Source: Heterodontus francisci (lineage: Eukaryota). Taken from it: a stretch of DNA of 64,000 nucleotides. The stretch is from the NCBI RefSeq assembly GCF_036365525.1, contig NC_090380.1, positions 96,743,942 through 96,807,941 on the forward strand. The letters are read 5' to 3'. The notes under the pieces are model-generated. The model searched no databases. It was not told the DNA's origin and saw only the letters and a list, made by a program, of their open reading frames with translations. The position numbers were made by a program, and so were the translations under genes. This document shows positions 33,371 to 47,149 of this stretch, piece by piece (positions within the stretch are counted from its first letter, which is position 1; the number at the start of each line of letters is the position of its first letter).

Positions 33371-34539
33371 CCTTCCTACACTCTGTGCCCAGGTTTCTAT
33401 GCGAAGAGCAGCAAACTTGAGTGATGGACCAGGGGACTAAGGGTGCCCTAGGACCATATCGTAACATAGAGTCAGTGCCTTCAGGAGAGAAGACAAGTGT
33501 TGGCAGGCGTGGTGGGGGGATTTGGGGGAAGGGAGGAAATGACAGAAAGAAATAAAAAGAATAGTAAAATGTATCCCGATTCCTCATGATTGGTTTTTGG
33601 AAATGTTGCAGCTGACTGAAGTGTCCCGCTAAACAACTGTATTATGAGATTGTGTTTACTTTCACACAATCACTTTTGAGAGAAGGAATCTTAAAAAGCT
33701 CAAGAAGGCACACCGGCCTTTTCAAATTATTTCCACAATGAAGCTGTGGTTCTGAAACCAAGACCGCAATTAGAAAGTTTATATATAGGACCATGAGGTG
33801 TGACACTGGTTAGGGACAGGATGTGGGCAGCTAACAGTCCCAGTTGACTGCCCAGGGAAACAAACGGCTCCCAATGATTATAATTAATATTCTTGAAATG
33901 ACAGTTTCTCGAAAAAAAAAGAATGTTAACAAGAAGGAAAAAACAGCTATCAGTATATTCCTGAGCTTGAGTTTAGTCAAGAAGAAACTGTTTTATTTGA
34001 ATCACTCTCATTTAACATGGAAGGGGCCTGCCCGGAGATTTAAGTCGGTTTCAGTTGCGATGTAAAAATAGTTGGAGCTTCATTCTTCAAAAAAAAATGT
34101 ACGTGCTGCCGATTGCCACTGTGTTTGAAGTGTTAGCATGCAGCTGGCCTAACAGAAGCAGCAACTCCTTTATCAAATGTGGTTTCATTTTGATGCTTGA
34201 GCCTAAGTCTTCCTCGGCGAGGAATCTGGCCCACCACTGCGCCCATCAGAAAATCTCAGGCACATTGCAATCTTCTGATATGGGCGGTCAGGTGAAGGAA
34301 AATGTAAGGCCTGAAGCTGCTTTTTTTTTTTACAAGCTGCTCGGTAAATCTGACAGGGCGCCACTGATGACTGAAATGTTAATCTGAAAGTATTGGTTAC
34401 AGTGGGGTAGATTTCTATCTCTGGCAGCTCTAAAGGCCCAATGAGGTTAATGTTCTGGATGTTATCAGCAATGCAGAATTTACTTCCTGAATGATATTGA
34501 TTGCTGAGAATGGAACACTATCAAGGTACTGGCCTGTTC

Positions 34540-34730
34540 ATAGAATCCTAGAATTATACAGCACAGACCATTTGGCCCATCGTGCTTGTGTCAGCTCTCT
34601 GAAAGCCCCACCCAATTAGTCCCACTCCCCTGCTCCTTTCCCACAGCCCAGCAACTTTTTATTTTTGAAGTATACATCCAATTCCCTTTCGAAAATCACC
34701 TCCCTTTTAGACAGTGCATTCCAGATCATT
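34540..34730 (-). mobile_element. CR1 3' tail fragment
   Basis: ATAGAATCCTAGAAT tail and GCATTCCAGATC (IWNA) motif. Confidence 0.7.
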
Positions 34731-36305
34731 TTTACCCGACATTTCCAGACATTTTCCCTGAGCAATCTAGCTTTCATCAATGGAATCAAAAATTTGAATC
34801 ACTCTAAATGCTTAATATCCTTACAAAGAAATCCTTTCGAGGAACGTACAGGCAGAACCAGTCAATAATTCCTCTGTAACAGCCAAAACAGGGGAAGCTA
34901 GGCGGTGTACTACTGAGCAAGGCTGCTAAACCAACACCCTTTTCCCCTCACAGACAGATGTAAACGATCCCGTGGCACTATTCAAGGTAAAGCCAGGATG
35001 TCCTCCTGGTCTCCTAGCCAATAATGATTCAGAACATATGAGGAACAGAAAAAGACCTAACAAGCGCTACCTACCCGCCTTCAGCCTACTTATTTTTCTT
35101 CTCGCCATGTTTTACAACCTGTTATGTCTCCAGCTCAGCAATATAATCACTTCTTCAACAACCTATTTACCTCACATATACATATGCAAGTACATGGGCA
35201 AATAAGGTGACCCCAACCCCCAAATTCCACCCAAAAACCTGAAGAATTCCATGATTCTCTTTTAAGATGAGGATCAACATTGCAAAACTTATATATACTA
35301 AAACACCTACTTTCCTGTTGACTGGTATCCACAGATACATTTTTACTCTGTTCTTTAGGGAAAGTTGTTGTTTAAGTTTCACAGCGCTAAGGAAGTAGAG
35401 CACAAGCTGACAACTAAAGCTGATAGAAATGCATCGGTTCAGAGCTGCTGGGTCCACCATCTGTCAAGAGAGAAATCAGTGGGAGGATATGACTTGAGTA
35501 TGAGACAACTACACTCTTCTTTTAACCCAAAGCAAATATTCTTATAAGCAAGTCGATACGACCTACTCTAGGCATCAGTGATGACTAATTTCACATCTCC
35601 ATTACCCTTTGGGCAAAGAAGTTCCACTCAGTATCCTGGGAGATTAACCTCTACAGGTTGGAGTCACTGCAAGGAGGCATTTTCACTTATCCATTCCACT
35701 ACGCCAGCACTGCCCGCACCCACCCCCCCCCCACCCCCCACCTTCTTCAGCTCTGACCCATGTTCACAGGTGGGCCGGGGCAGGGATCATGGAGTAGGGG
35801 TTGGTGGTGGGGGTGGTGGTTAAGTATGCACTGCAGGCTCCTGGCAGGATTCTGGATGTAAAGAGGGAACCCACCAGTGTAAGGGTGGAAAATACCAGCA
35901 ACATTTCCAGAGACACCGTGGCAGGGAGGGATCCTAAAGAGGCAGACAAGTCACAAAGATTGGATTCAGGGCTCTCACTAAAGACCTTAGCTGACAGTAA
36001 GGACTTCAGTGGGTAAGTCTCTGAGTCGACAGCAGAGAGAGAGAGAGAGGAGGCTGCTACAAGGAACTCATCCTTCATTAGAAGAACTTTACTACTACTG
36101 CCCTTGGCCTATGCCAACTAACATATAAAGGTCCTGGGAAGAAGTGGTAAGGGGGCATAGAAGTAAGGAAAATCAACAGTGGACAAGGGCCATGCCAATC
36201 CCCCACCGCTCCCTACCATTTGCTTTCAGCCAGCAAAGAAGGAGTAGGGGAACTCCTGGCTGGGACAGTGAGGCAGATGTAGAGAAGGCATCAGATGGAG
36301 ACAAT

Positions 36306-36649
36306 GGGCTGGATTTCATGCAGGAGGCGGGGCTGAGCTGAAAAGTTGGGGGGAGCCCCACCTCTGCATTTTTTCAGATCCTTGGAGTGATCCTCCGGTC
36401 TTTTGGGGTAAGATGCCAGCAGTGGTGGGAAGAGGGCCTTATCTGGCCTCTGGGTGGAAGGTTGTCATCGGCCTATCCAGCCCCCGGGAGAATTGTAACC
36501 AGGAATCCCGGTGTCGGGTTCCATGGCAGGCAATTCTGCCCAGATTCTTCAGCCCCACCCCTACCTGACCCCCCCCCCCACCCCCCTCACTGGCCCCACC
36601 TGGCCCCCGCCACGAAAGCTGCTGTCGGGACGAGAACAAAATCCGGTCA
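36306..36649. mobile_element. PIF/Harbinger-type MITE, short derivative
   Basis: GGGCTGGATTT ... AAATCCGGTC; body shared with 51731-52418. Confidence 0.65.
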
Positions 36650-36692
36650 ATGTGTTTCCTCCAAACAAGCTTGAGGAATCAGAGACTGGGGC

Positions 36693-36790
36693 AAAAACAA
36701 GAAATGCTGGAACCACTCAGCAGGTCTGGCAGCATCTGTGAAAAGAGAAGCAGAGTTAACGTTTCGGGTCAGTGACCCTTCATCCTGACT
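36693..36790 (-). mobile_element. Penelope pLTR fragment with mutated hammerhead core
   Basis: Matches 14803-14889. Confidence 0.75.
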
Positions 36791-37703
36791 CCCTTTCATG
36801 CACATCCAGCTGATAAGAGACACTGGCAACAGCCTAGGAGAAAACCTTCTGCCTGCCTTCGTGATGAGATGAAATACATTACACAGGGATACTGAAGGAA
36901 AAGAACATAAAACTGGAAATAATGTCAAGTTTACTGGAAAAAGAGATCTAAACTGCCATCTCTGAAAAGATCAACTTATGCATGGTTCTAAAAGCACCCT
37001 CTGTGTTTTTGTCCTCCTGAAGCTCTTTTCGACATGACTTTAAATTGACAAAATTCTTCCACTTATGCTGAGAAGTGGAGCAATCATAAGATTTCTCGTT
37101 ATGAATGGATGTTTTGTTCTGAGAGTTGGAGGTCTGTCTCCCTGTGAATGGGCATCACTGTGGTCATCTGTTCACTCGTCTGTTTTCAGTGAAAAGTGGC
37201 AGCAGTCTCACTGACGTGGGGTGGCTTCAGTCTCAAGTCTCGCCTCCATACCACATTAACATTCAATTTGTTTACTTTCCCATAAGAATCTGTTTATCTA
37301 CAATCCAGCCACATCATCGTTTTGACATTTATTTTTAAATTAACTCTTTAAGCGCTGATTCTTTTTGCTAACTTTCATTTTTATACCACTTATTAAATCT
37401 AATGATTACATCGTGTAAGAAGCTGGAGAAGGTGATACTCAATGGCATGGTATCTCCATTGATCCCCCCTCAGAGTGGAACTGAACCATTCAGACCAGTG
37501 GCTGCTACACTTGATCCCCATGTCCATGTTGAATTATCTGATATTAGCTGGCCTGGCTATCCCTAAGCTATTGAGGGCCAGCGTTTCCCATTTGAATTGC
37601 TTCTACAGTGGCCTCTGGCTGGAAAGTGCACATGTTTGGCTATCAGGATGTGTCTGTGAATGCTACTCTTGGCAAATAGTCTGCCAGCAATAATGATCTA
37701 GGC

Positions 37704-38242
37704 CAATGGCTCTCAAACTGTGGTCCGCGGATCTGAGGGTCCTTGAGATGGTCCACGGACTGATCCAAAATGTAAGTCACTGACACACAAGGCCATGGCC
37801 GAGGCCATACAAGAGAACAGGCCAGAAACCTCATCCCCACCACACATGTGATGTCACACCACACCAGAACTAGACCGGCTCACGCGTGCACGGCACGAGT
37901 CGTCATAAGCGTAAACAACAACAACGCAGTCTTATAATCAAAATTTATGTTACTGTTACAACATACAACTGCAAGATTGGATTTTCAACACTAGTGGGGC
38001 TGAAAACAAAGAGGAGCCGGCTGAACATGGAGCCTGACTTAAAACTGAAGCTCTCCATCTTGGAACCAGACGTCACCTCATTGGTGTCTCATCAAAAGCA
38101 GCGCCATTCCTCCCATTAATTCTGATGAGTTTTTTTTTTTGCATTGGCAAACGAAAGTGGGTGTGGGAGGACTGCGAGGTGGTCCGCAGGGTCTTTTGCT
38201 CCGCCTAAGTAGTCTGCGGGCAAAAACGTTTGAGAACCACTG
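37704..38242. mobile_element. Non-autonomous hAT (Charlie-like) DNA transposon
   Basis: TIR CAATGGCTCTCAAAC / GTTTGAGAACCACTG; 8-bp TSD ATCTAGGC / ATCTAGAC (NTCTAGAN type). Confidence 0.85.
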
Positions 38243-39089
38243 ATCTAGACTCATGCGTATAGAATGATGCATGGAAAAGCAGATGGCACCTGTGGAGCCT
38301 AATCCAAGAATAAGGTGGGGGGTCTTTTTAACTTTGGGTGATTGCGTAAAATAGAAGATATCAATTCAGCCAAAGCAAAGCTCCAGATGAATGGGAGTGA
38401 TGGATGAACTGATATCTCCCTTTTTACATTTCCAATGTCAGGCTTACCCCCAGTGTTTTCCTTTACTGCTATGATTTAAAATATACTTGTGCAGTACTTT
38501 AGTGGCACTGATGTGAGAGTGAACTGCTTGTTTTCATCTTGTCTATAACCTGGAGCTACATTAGGAGTTTTATTTCTCTCTGTTAGCACACTATCAACAC
38601 GTTCAGATAAAATTCTTTCACCTGCTACTTTTACGCAGATGTTAATCCACTTGATACGAATAGATGTTAGCATAAAATAATATGGAGTCCTACATGAATA
38701 CCAGTGCACAACAAAAGAAAACTGAACCGCTAAAGAGCAATGAAGTTAACCCGGTAATTTTGTTTCCCAGACTGTCAATGCTCTTATTTACAACAGATAC
38801 ATGTGCAGAACACTTGGATGAGTCTTTTTCCTGTACATTCTGTCAGCTGGAATTACTAAAATTCATAATACTCTGTAAAAATATATTTTTAAAAATGGGC
38901 TGATGGAAGTAAATTAAGGATACTTGGTGCTGAATTCCTACTGCCAAGTGATCTGGTGCTAGCTTCTATTGGCAAGCTGTCAGTGTGTCTTCTGCTCTGT
39001 GAGTGCAACCGAGTTGTTGGTAGCTGTGGGAGACACATATTGGAAATGTGACGAGTTGATTCATTAGATTTAATGAAATGTAGAAAGAA

Positions 39090-39345
39090 AACCCTGACTT
39101 CACAATTGACCTTTTTAAAGGCTTGATTTATTAGTGCTCGTACTTTCTGAACCTCTAGGTCTCTCTGTTCATCAACACCCATCAGCATCTTTTCTTCGAA
39201 TGCATGTTCTCATTACCTTGTTTTTGCTCCCAAAATGTATCAGCTGATACCTCTCCACACTAAATTGCCTCTGCCAGCCATTTGTCTATCCCATTAACCT
39301 GTCACTATCTTTCTGAAATCTTTTACAGTTCTCTTTGCTGTTTCC
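39090..39345 (-). mobile_element. Old CR1 fragment
   Basis: LMGVDEQRDLEV motif. Confidence 0.6.
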
Positions 39346-39862
39346 AAATTGTGCTTCTTTTGGTCAAGTGAAAATCATCTACGCACTTTTTAAAATTAAT
39401 GCAGGTTAATAAGTGAACAAACAACACCATTCCATGAGAACAGAAGATTCCTTAAACGTTCTTCAGCAGCCAAAATGAAGAGGGGAAAGGCTTACCGTGA
39501 TTAACATGGTCAGAAGCCAATCAAGAAGAACGAAAGAATTTACAGATGATGATCACTAATAAAGCCCAAACCAATCATTCAAGTTGCAACAGAAAGCTTC
39601 AATTGAACTCAGATGCATGACATAGAAGTTGCTCTCCCAGGTGTTTTCCAATGATCTTTGAATTCCACAATTCAGCCAATTCTTTGCGTGAGAATAAGCA
39701 TTTCAATTTAAATTATTTTTAAAATTGAAGGGTTTCGTCTGTTACAAATTTTTATTTTATCTGTAAACTGCCAGCTGGTAGACAATCCAAGCAATAGGTT
39801 CAATCCAATGTCATAAACATCTTGTGGCAATCCAAATGAAACAGCATTTTTCTTTGCTTGAA

Positions 39863-40230
39863 GTATCAGCTGTGGCTCAGTGGTAGCCGTCTTACCTCTG
39901 AGTCAGATGGTTGTGAGTTCAAGGCTTGCTTCAGTGACCTGAATACATAATCTAAACTGACACATTAGTGCAGTACTGAGAAAGTGTTGTCTCTTAGGTG
40001 AATGTAAAAGATTGCATGACATTATTTGAAGAGCAGGGGAGTTCTCCCTGGTGTCCTGGCCAATATTTGTCCTTCAACTGACATCACTAAAACTGATTAT
40101 CTGGTCATTATCAAATTACTGTTTGTGGGACCTTGCTGTGTGCAAATTGGCTGCTATGATTGTATTTCATTGGTTGTAAAATGCTTTGGGTCATGCTGAG
40201 GTTGTCAAAGGTGTCAAAGGTCTTTTTTCT
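39863..40230 (+). mobile_element. SacSINE1/DeuSINE-like SINE
   Basis: A box TGGCTCAGTGG, B box AGTTCAAG, Deu-like core GAAGAGCAGGGGAGTTCTCCCTGGTGTCCTGGCCAATATTT...GATTATCTGGTCATTATC. Confidence 0.75.
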
Positions 40231-40999
40231 CGATTAGCCCTCGTGCTCAAATTGTTATTTTCATTATCTCCTTAGAGTTCCTCATTGGAACCTTATTCAT
40301 CTGCTTCCCTCATTTGTTTCACATCTTCCCTACCTCATCAGTTATTGTTGTTTTATGAATACATACTTTGAGTCACAGATGTGCAAGTGTAACATCGATA
40401 TTGTGGTGTGCCACATCAAAGGTGCGGTGCTTTGGAAGATAGAAACATACCATACACAACAGTTTATAAACACAGATATATTGGAGGATGCCACCAGTCC
40501 AGTTTCAGTCAAATAGTCCATTTCTTCAGCAGAAGGTTTTTTTTAATGTAAACTGGGCAGAAAAAGTCCAGTTGTGGTGCTTGTGGCCTATTCTTTTTGT
40601 GGCAATGCATCACAGCATATCTCTTGCTCCTAAGTCCAAGAATTTTTAAAACTGAGAGACCAAGCCCAGTTTCCAATAGGATTCTTAAATTGTTGTGCAT
40701 GTACTTTGGCAGGTCTATTTTTGCACATGCACAGGATACAAAAAAATTCCTATCAGTATTGCCAACTGTTTTAAGGATTCGCATAAAGACCATCCATTTA
40801 GAATGCATGTTAGTAATTTATGGCCATTGGTCAGATGGGTCAAAGCCCAGCTTTACCCATGAGTAGCTGGAAGCAGAAATGTGACAGTCACTGATCAAAC
40901 CCTTGTGTGCCGAGAAAACAACTAAAAAAAACCTAGAGCTAACTAGTAACCGGAACTAACCAGCAAATAGCTTTGGGTAGCTTAAAAAGGACATCTGTG

Positions 41000-42145
41000 G
41001 CATAGAAATCATAGAAAGTTTAAGGCACAGAAAGAGGCCACTTGGCCCATCATGTCTGTGCCGGCTGAAAAACGATCCATCTATTCTAATCCCACCTTCC
41101 AGCATTTGGTCTGTAGCCCTGCAGATTACGGCACTTGAGGTGCATATCCAGATATCTTTTAAATGAGTTGAGGGTTTCTACCTCAACTACCCTTTCAGGC
41201 AGTGAGTTCCAGACCCCCACCACCCTCTGGGCAAAAAAAGTTTTTCCTCATCTCCCCTCTAATTTTTCTACCAATCACTTTAAATCTATACCCCCTCGTC
41301 ATTGACCTCTCTGTAAGGTGAATAGGCCCTTCACTTCCACTCTATCCAGGCCCCTCACAATTTTGTACACCTCAATTAAGTCGCCCCTTGGCCTCCTCTG
41401 TTCTAAGGAAAACAACCCTAGCCGATCCAATCTTTCCTCATGGCAGCAACTTTCAAGCCCTGGCAACATTCTTGTAAATCTCCTCTGGACTCTCTCCAGA
41501 GAAATTATGTCCTTCCTGTAATGTGGTGACCAGAGCTGTTTGCAATAGTCCAGTTGAGGCCTAACCAGTATGTTATACAGTTTCAGCATTACATCCCTGC
41601 TTTTGTCTTCTATACTTCAGCCAATAACGGAAAGCATTCCATATGCCTTCTTCACCACTCTGTGTACCTGTCCTGCCACCTTCGGGGACCTGTGGACATG
41701 CACTCCAAGGTCTCTCACTTCTTCTACCCCTCTCAATAGCCTCCCGTTTATTGTGTATTCTCTTGCTTTGTTTGCCCTCCCCAAATGCATTACCTCACAG
41801 TTCTCTGGATTGAATTCCATTTGCCACTTTTCCACTCACTCAACAAAACCATTGATATCATTCTGGAGTCTGCAGCTATCCTCTTCACTATCAACTACAC
41901 GGCCAATTTTTGTGTCATCTGCAAATTTCCCAATCATGCCTCCCACATTTAAGTACAAATCATTAATATATACCATAAACAGCAAGGGACCAAACACTGA
42001 GCCCTGTGGAACGGCACTGGAAACTGCTTTCCATTTGCAAAAACATCCGTCAACCACTACCCTTTGTTTCCTGCCCCTGAGCCAATTTTGGATTCAACTT
42101 GTCACTTTCCCCTGTATCCAATGGGCTTTTATTTTTCTGACCAGT
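41000..42145 (-). mobile_element. CR1 LINE 3' 1.1 kb
   Basis: VPQGSVFGP, KFADDTK, EKWQMEFN, LERVQRRFTRM; tail at ~41000. Confidence 0.92.
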
Positions 42146-42934
42146 CATCTTCACCATTCTAACTGGAAGTCCATTTCGAATGTTGATCACTTACTATGTG
42201 AAAGGATTCCTGATAGTCCTAAAAGTACCTTCTACTAGTTTGAACGTATTTCCACTGTTTATTTTAAAGTAGCATTGCAGATTAACTCATCCCCGGCTAT
42301 TTACTATCTTATATACCACTGTAGATCAAGCTGAAAAGCCCAGACCTTTCTCATTTTCCTCATAATTCAGATCACCAACAATACATTTCGGCCTCATGGC
42401 TCTTTTCCACACTGAATCCAATACTGACTATCTCCTTTATTTCTTGATGATCAATACTGGTTGCAGTACTCAAGTTATGCTTCGACCAGACCACTGTATA
42501 GTTTGAACATGCCTTTCCCTAGTTTGCATTCTACTGTTTGATTATGTAGTTCCATATTCTTTTAGCTTCGTTGATTGCTCTTATGCTTTGGTTGGACATG
42601 TGGCACCCCAAAAAAACTAAAATTACCTGAAACCCACCGATTCCACTGCCGTCACACAAGTTGCAATTTTAACCTGTTCTTATGGGCAGTTGAGCATAAC
42701 ATCTTTAAATATACAACTCAGGCTCTGATGACATCATTGGGGTCCGACTGCAATTTTAAGGCAAGGCTTGCGTGGGGAAATTGTTGCAGTTACTTAGTCA
42801 GGCCAAATAGGTGGCAAGTCGATGCGGGGCCAGAGGCAGTCCACAAAGGTAAGTCAGTTTTTTTTTGTTTTAGTTCATTTCTTTGTGGGCCAGGAAGAGC
42901 AGGAGTGCTGCTCGTGACCCCACAAGGAAATTCT

Positions 42935-43860
42935 AAGATTCTCAAAGGACTGAGAAGTGGAGAGGAACAGAGGGACTTTGGAGTGTATGTCCGCAGAGCC
43001 CTGAGGTAGCAGGGCAGGTAGCTAGGTGGTTAAGAGTGTATGCGGGATACTTTCCTTTATGAGCTGAGGCATAGAACGTAAGAGCAGGAATGTTATGCTC
43101 GAAATGTATAAAACACTAGTTAGGCCACAGCTAGTGTACTGCTTGTAGTTCTGGTCACTGCATTACAGGAAGGATGTGATCTCACTAGACAGAGGAGATT
43201 TACGAGGATGTTGCCAGGAATAGAGAATTTTAGCTGTGAGGAAAGATTGGATAGGCTGGGGTTGTTTTCTTTGGAACGGAGGAAGCTGAGGGGAGATTTA
43301 ATTGTGGTGTATAAAATTAAGAGGGGGGTTGATTACCTCAGTTGGCTTAACGGCTAGTGTGTGATGCAAAAATAATGCCAACACCTCGGGTTCAATCCCC
43401 ATACAAGATGTGGTAGTTCATGGAGGCCTGCATACTCGCCTTGTCCCATGCATGTGGAGTGGTGACCCTCAAAGCTATACATCACCAACTGTCTCTCTCA
43501 AATGGGAGAGATGCCTATGGTCCTTTGAGATTATGGCTACAACAATAAAATTATGAGGTCTAGATGGAGTGGAGAGGAAGAACCTATTTCCTTTAGCAGA
43601 GAGTTCAATAACCAAGGGACATTTAAAGTAATTGGTAGAAAGATTAGAGGGGAGTTGAGGAGAAATTGTTTTGAGGGTGTTGGGAGTCTGAGACTCACTG
43701 CCTGAAATATTTGGATATGCACCTGAAGTGCTGTAACAGGGCTATGAACCAAGAGCTGGAAAGTGGGATTAGGCTGGATAGTTCTTTCTCGACCAGCACG
43801 GACACAATGGGCCGAATGGCCTTCTTCTATGCCATAGATTTTCTATGTTTCTATGTTTTG
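42935..43860 (+). mobile_element. CR1 3' fragment with a SINE inserted
   Basis: CR1 C-terminal motifs and TTCTATGTTTCTATG tail. Confidence 0.85.
43325..43545 (+). mobile_element. tRNA-derived SINE, third family
   Basis: TACCTCAGTTGG A box and GGTTCAATCCC B box; flanked by ATAAAATTAAGAGG / ATAAAATTATGAGG TSD. Confidence 0.7.
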
Positions 43861-44589
43861 CTCCAACGGGCTCCTTTCACCACCTCCAGACTCCCCTCCC
43901 TATCCCTGGACTCCCCTCCCCATCTCCAGACTCCCCAATCCATCTCCCAACTGTGGGGCCCTCCTGATCATACCCTGCATCCCCCCACCGACCCCCCCCC
44001 CCCACCACCCAAGCACTTAACTGATTGCCAAGGACTGTTCTTTTCGGGTCCTGGCAACAAATATTGTACTGTCCACTTACATATTTTGTCCAACTCAAAT
44101 CAGTAATTTCTGGGCTGCCTCTTTCAGTTCAATTGCGTCAGCTAATTTTGTATCATCTGCAAATGATACCAATTTGCAATTGGTTTCTGAATCCAGGTCC
44201 TTGCTGCAAATTGGAATCAGTAGACACTGAGGCACTCCACTCTACTTCCCTCCACCTTAGCATTACTCCTGTCACCAGCACCCATAGTTATCTGACCTTC
44301 ACCCAATTCCATAACTCTGCCTAGGTATTGCCCTAAATCCTCACAGTTTCTCATGTGTAATTTAATCAAATGATTTTTGGAAGTCTATGTGTACCATGTT
44401 GTAGGGTTTACCACAGTCTACTTAGGTTATCATTTCCCCAAAAACATGAATGAAGTTGACCAAGCTCCATGTAAAGCTACTTTGACAGTGGTTTACTAGG
44501 TTGTAAGTGTACAGATAATCCTAAAGTTCATTCTGACAAATAATTCCATAATTTTACATAGAACTGGATTAACATTAATCGATCATTGC

Positions 44590-45240
44590 TGAAAAAAGAG
44601 ACATGTTGTTGAAGCTTTTCGTCTTGCACTCATCAGGGCATATGCAAGAATGCCAAATTTCAAAGGGAGCAACAATTTAAACTGCATGAGAAAAGGGTGC
44701 TGATTGGTTGGCAAGTGGAATCTGATTGGTAGAGGCGTTGCCATGGAGAATGCACCAGGGAACTATTGTCCCCACATTTTCGTTTAATTAAAAAAAGATG
44801 CAAAGCCTGGATATGTTCCTTTTGCCTGCAGAGGACAGGTCCCTGTGTATGAATATATGTAGCTTCTAGCAAGTGTAAGTGAGCCACATTGCAAGCCTGA
44901 CTGATAATCTGAAATTGGTTGTTTGTGTAATTCTTAGCACACTCGGAATTGTTCAGTTAGTGCTGTTCAATCGCGGAATCACATCTAACATTAGACACTG
45001 TGTTCTGAGTTTTGCAAGCACGGGTTGGTTGAGTACGGTCAGTATTCTGCCTATTGTGAACAGCTGAAGGGATGTGCTGTTTAATACAATCCACCAGTTG
45101 CAGTGATGTGCGACCTAGGTACCTGGCATTGCACTGGCACTGGAATACCGAAAGTGGCAGACTTAGGCCCACCCATGGGTGTCCGCGATACATGACGAGC
45201 AATGATTTGATCGGGGTAGCCATTATCCCGCAGGATATCT
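44590..45240 (-). mobile_element. Penelope-like element (second family): GIY-YIG remnant plus pLTR
   Basis: VFQCQCNARYLGRTS...IKQHIP and LHLLEATYIHTQGPVLCRQKE. Confidence 0.8.
44607..44640 (-). ncRNA. Minimal hammerhead ribozyme (stem I decayed)
   Basis: Reverse strand CTGATGA-GTGCAAGAC-GAAA-AGCT-TC with palindromic AAGCTT stem III. Confidence 0.6.
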
Positions 45241-45299
45241 TTGATGCACCCTAATTTGGCATCAAGCCAAATAGATCAGTAGTTAATAGATCAGTAAAC

Positions 45300-45545
45300 T
45301 CCACAGATGCTGCCAGACCTGCTGAGTATTCCCAGCATTTCTTGTTTTTATTTCAGATTTCCAGCATCTGCAGTATCTTGCTTTTATTTTAGTGTTTAAT
45401 TCACTGCCACTTCTCTTCCAGGAATGCCTACCTTGAAGAAGTTCTGCTAAATCCACAGATACTGCCAGACCTGCCGAGTATTTCCAGCATTTCTTGTTTT
45501 TATTTCAGATTTCCAGCATCTCCAGTAATTTGCTTTTATTTTATA
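45300..45545 (+). mobile_element. Partial tandem of Penelope pLTR
   Basis: TCCACAGATGCTGCCAGACCTGC...TTGCTTTTATTTTA occurs twice (45300-45391 and 45452-45543). Confidence 0.8.
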
Positions 45546-46024
45546 TATATTATGTTATAATAGATCAGTAGTTGCTTGTGCTTGTTTTTGAATTATGGTA
45601 TCACATTACTTTTCATCTGCTGGTACCTCCTCATGCTTATTGACTCTCTCATACTGATTGTCCATGTCATACAAATCTGCTTGCTAGTCTCTCTCAAAAC
45701 TCAGAAATACCATCTAATTCAGTGGATTCATTTGTTTTAAGGCCTTTCCACATTTCTAGGACTTCTATCTCATTGGTACTCTTCATATGGGGAAGGCATG
45801 TTTTTCATTTCTTTCTTGTGAATGTTTTGTGAACTAAACTTTTCAGAACATTTACTATTTCATGCTCATCCTCCGTTTCAAGACCGCTTGCACTTTTTAA
45901 TATTCTCACCTCTTTTCTGACAGACCTCTTGCTATTGAAAGAATTTATTCCTTACATGTTTTGCTTCTGCAACTCTGCTTATTTCTAGGTCTGTGTTTGC
46001 TTCTCTGATCATTCTTTGGATGTA

Positions 46025-46320
46025 ATGAAAGAAAGAAAGACTTGCATTTAGATGGTGCCTTTCACAAATTCTGGGTATCCCAAAATGCTTTACAGTCGAT
46101 GAAGTTCTTTAGAGGTGTATGTCGCACAGCATCTAATTTGTACACAGACATGTCCCACAAATAATAATGTGATAATGACAGCACCTCTGACGGTGTAGCA
46201 CTCTCTTGGTACTGCAGTGAGTGTCAGCCTGTATTATGCGTTCAAGTCTCTGGAGTGGGTCTTGAACCTACTACCTCTTGAGTCAGAGGTGAGAATGCTA
46301 CAACTTGGTCACAGCTGGCA
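46025..46320 (-). mobile_element. SacSINE1/DeuSINE-like SINE, internally deleted
   Basis: (GAAA)n-GACTTGCATTTA tail; head homologous to 39863. Confidence 0.7.
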
Positions 46321-46410
46321 CAATACCATATTTAGAAGCTTCGTTCTACTAGTGATTTTATGTATCATTAATGATAGACCCTATATAACAATGTTTTTTT
46401 TTGTAACTAT

Positions 46411-46981
46411 GGCTTGGATTTAGTGGAGCTGGCGGGAAAACCCACCTTGGCCATTCGAAGCCCCCTGGCTGTATTTAACGGCACCCAGGCAATTATCAGC
46501 CCAGTGTTGGGATCCCCATCCCTTTAAAGACGGAGATCCTGCCTCCCAGAGCTGCTGGGCAATCAGAGCGCCAGCAGCTCAGTAGCATCAGCAGCGCCAG
46601 CGGGAGTGGGAGTCACTGGTGGAACTACAAGAGGCCTTGGAACCAGGCCCAGCGTTGGAAACCCAGACTAAAGGTAAGTGAGGCGGGATCAACAGGGTCA
46701 ATGGGGTCAGTCCGATTGGCCCCAATGATGAGGGGAGGGAGGGTGGGCACTGAGTGCAGGTGGAGGGGTTGTTCAGGGAGGTGATATCTTTTCTGCCGGG
46801 GCACACTGAGGAGATCTCTGAAGTGCCTCATTGGTCTATGGGCGGGACGGACATCGCAGCCTAACCAGCCCCCACTTAATTGCAGTCCTACAGGCCGTCC
46901 TACCCGCACCCCCCACCGTCGCAATTCTATGGGCCCCCCACCTCCTCGCCCATCTCTGGGGCAGCACATTAAATCTGGCCC
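46411..46981. mobile_element. PIF/Harbinger-type MITE
   Basis: GGCTTGGATTTA ... TAAATCTGGCCC; body homologous to 54949-55664. Confidence 0.65.
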
Positions 46982-47149
46982 ACTGTGTGATGTCTTCACT
47001 GCTGCCAGCATATGGACTTGATGAAGAAGAAAAAAAGCTTCCACGAGTGTGCAGAATCTATCTTTCAGAGAGTTACTCTGGATTTCCTGTAATTCTGGAC
47101 TCGGTTAGACTCTTAACTCCCTTTTGTGGCTTCTTTTACTTTGGCTTTG

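Noticed and set aside
35801-36016. Exon-like ORF ending at GG/GTAAGT
   Set aside because: Weak acceptor, no recognisable peptide, no partner exons
40509-40866. Overlapping ~90-99 aa ORFs in unique sequence
   Set aside because: No recognisable motif or splice context; length is within chance expectation
41570-42238. 222-aa + strand ORF, and similar ORFs at 22781-23275, 11274-11732 and 27025-27408
   Set aside because: Antisense or alternate-frame shadows of LINE ORF2
5089-43400. tRNA genes at A/B-box sites (5097, 12260, 20360, 28890, 39870, 43335)
   Set aside because: No complete cloverleaf with terminator; each continues into a SINE or LINE body
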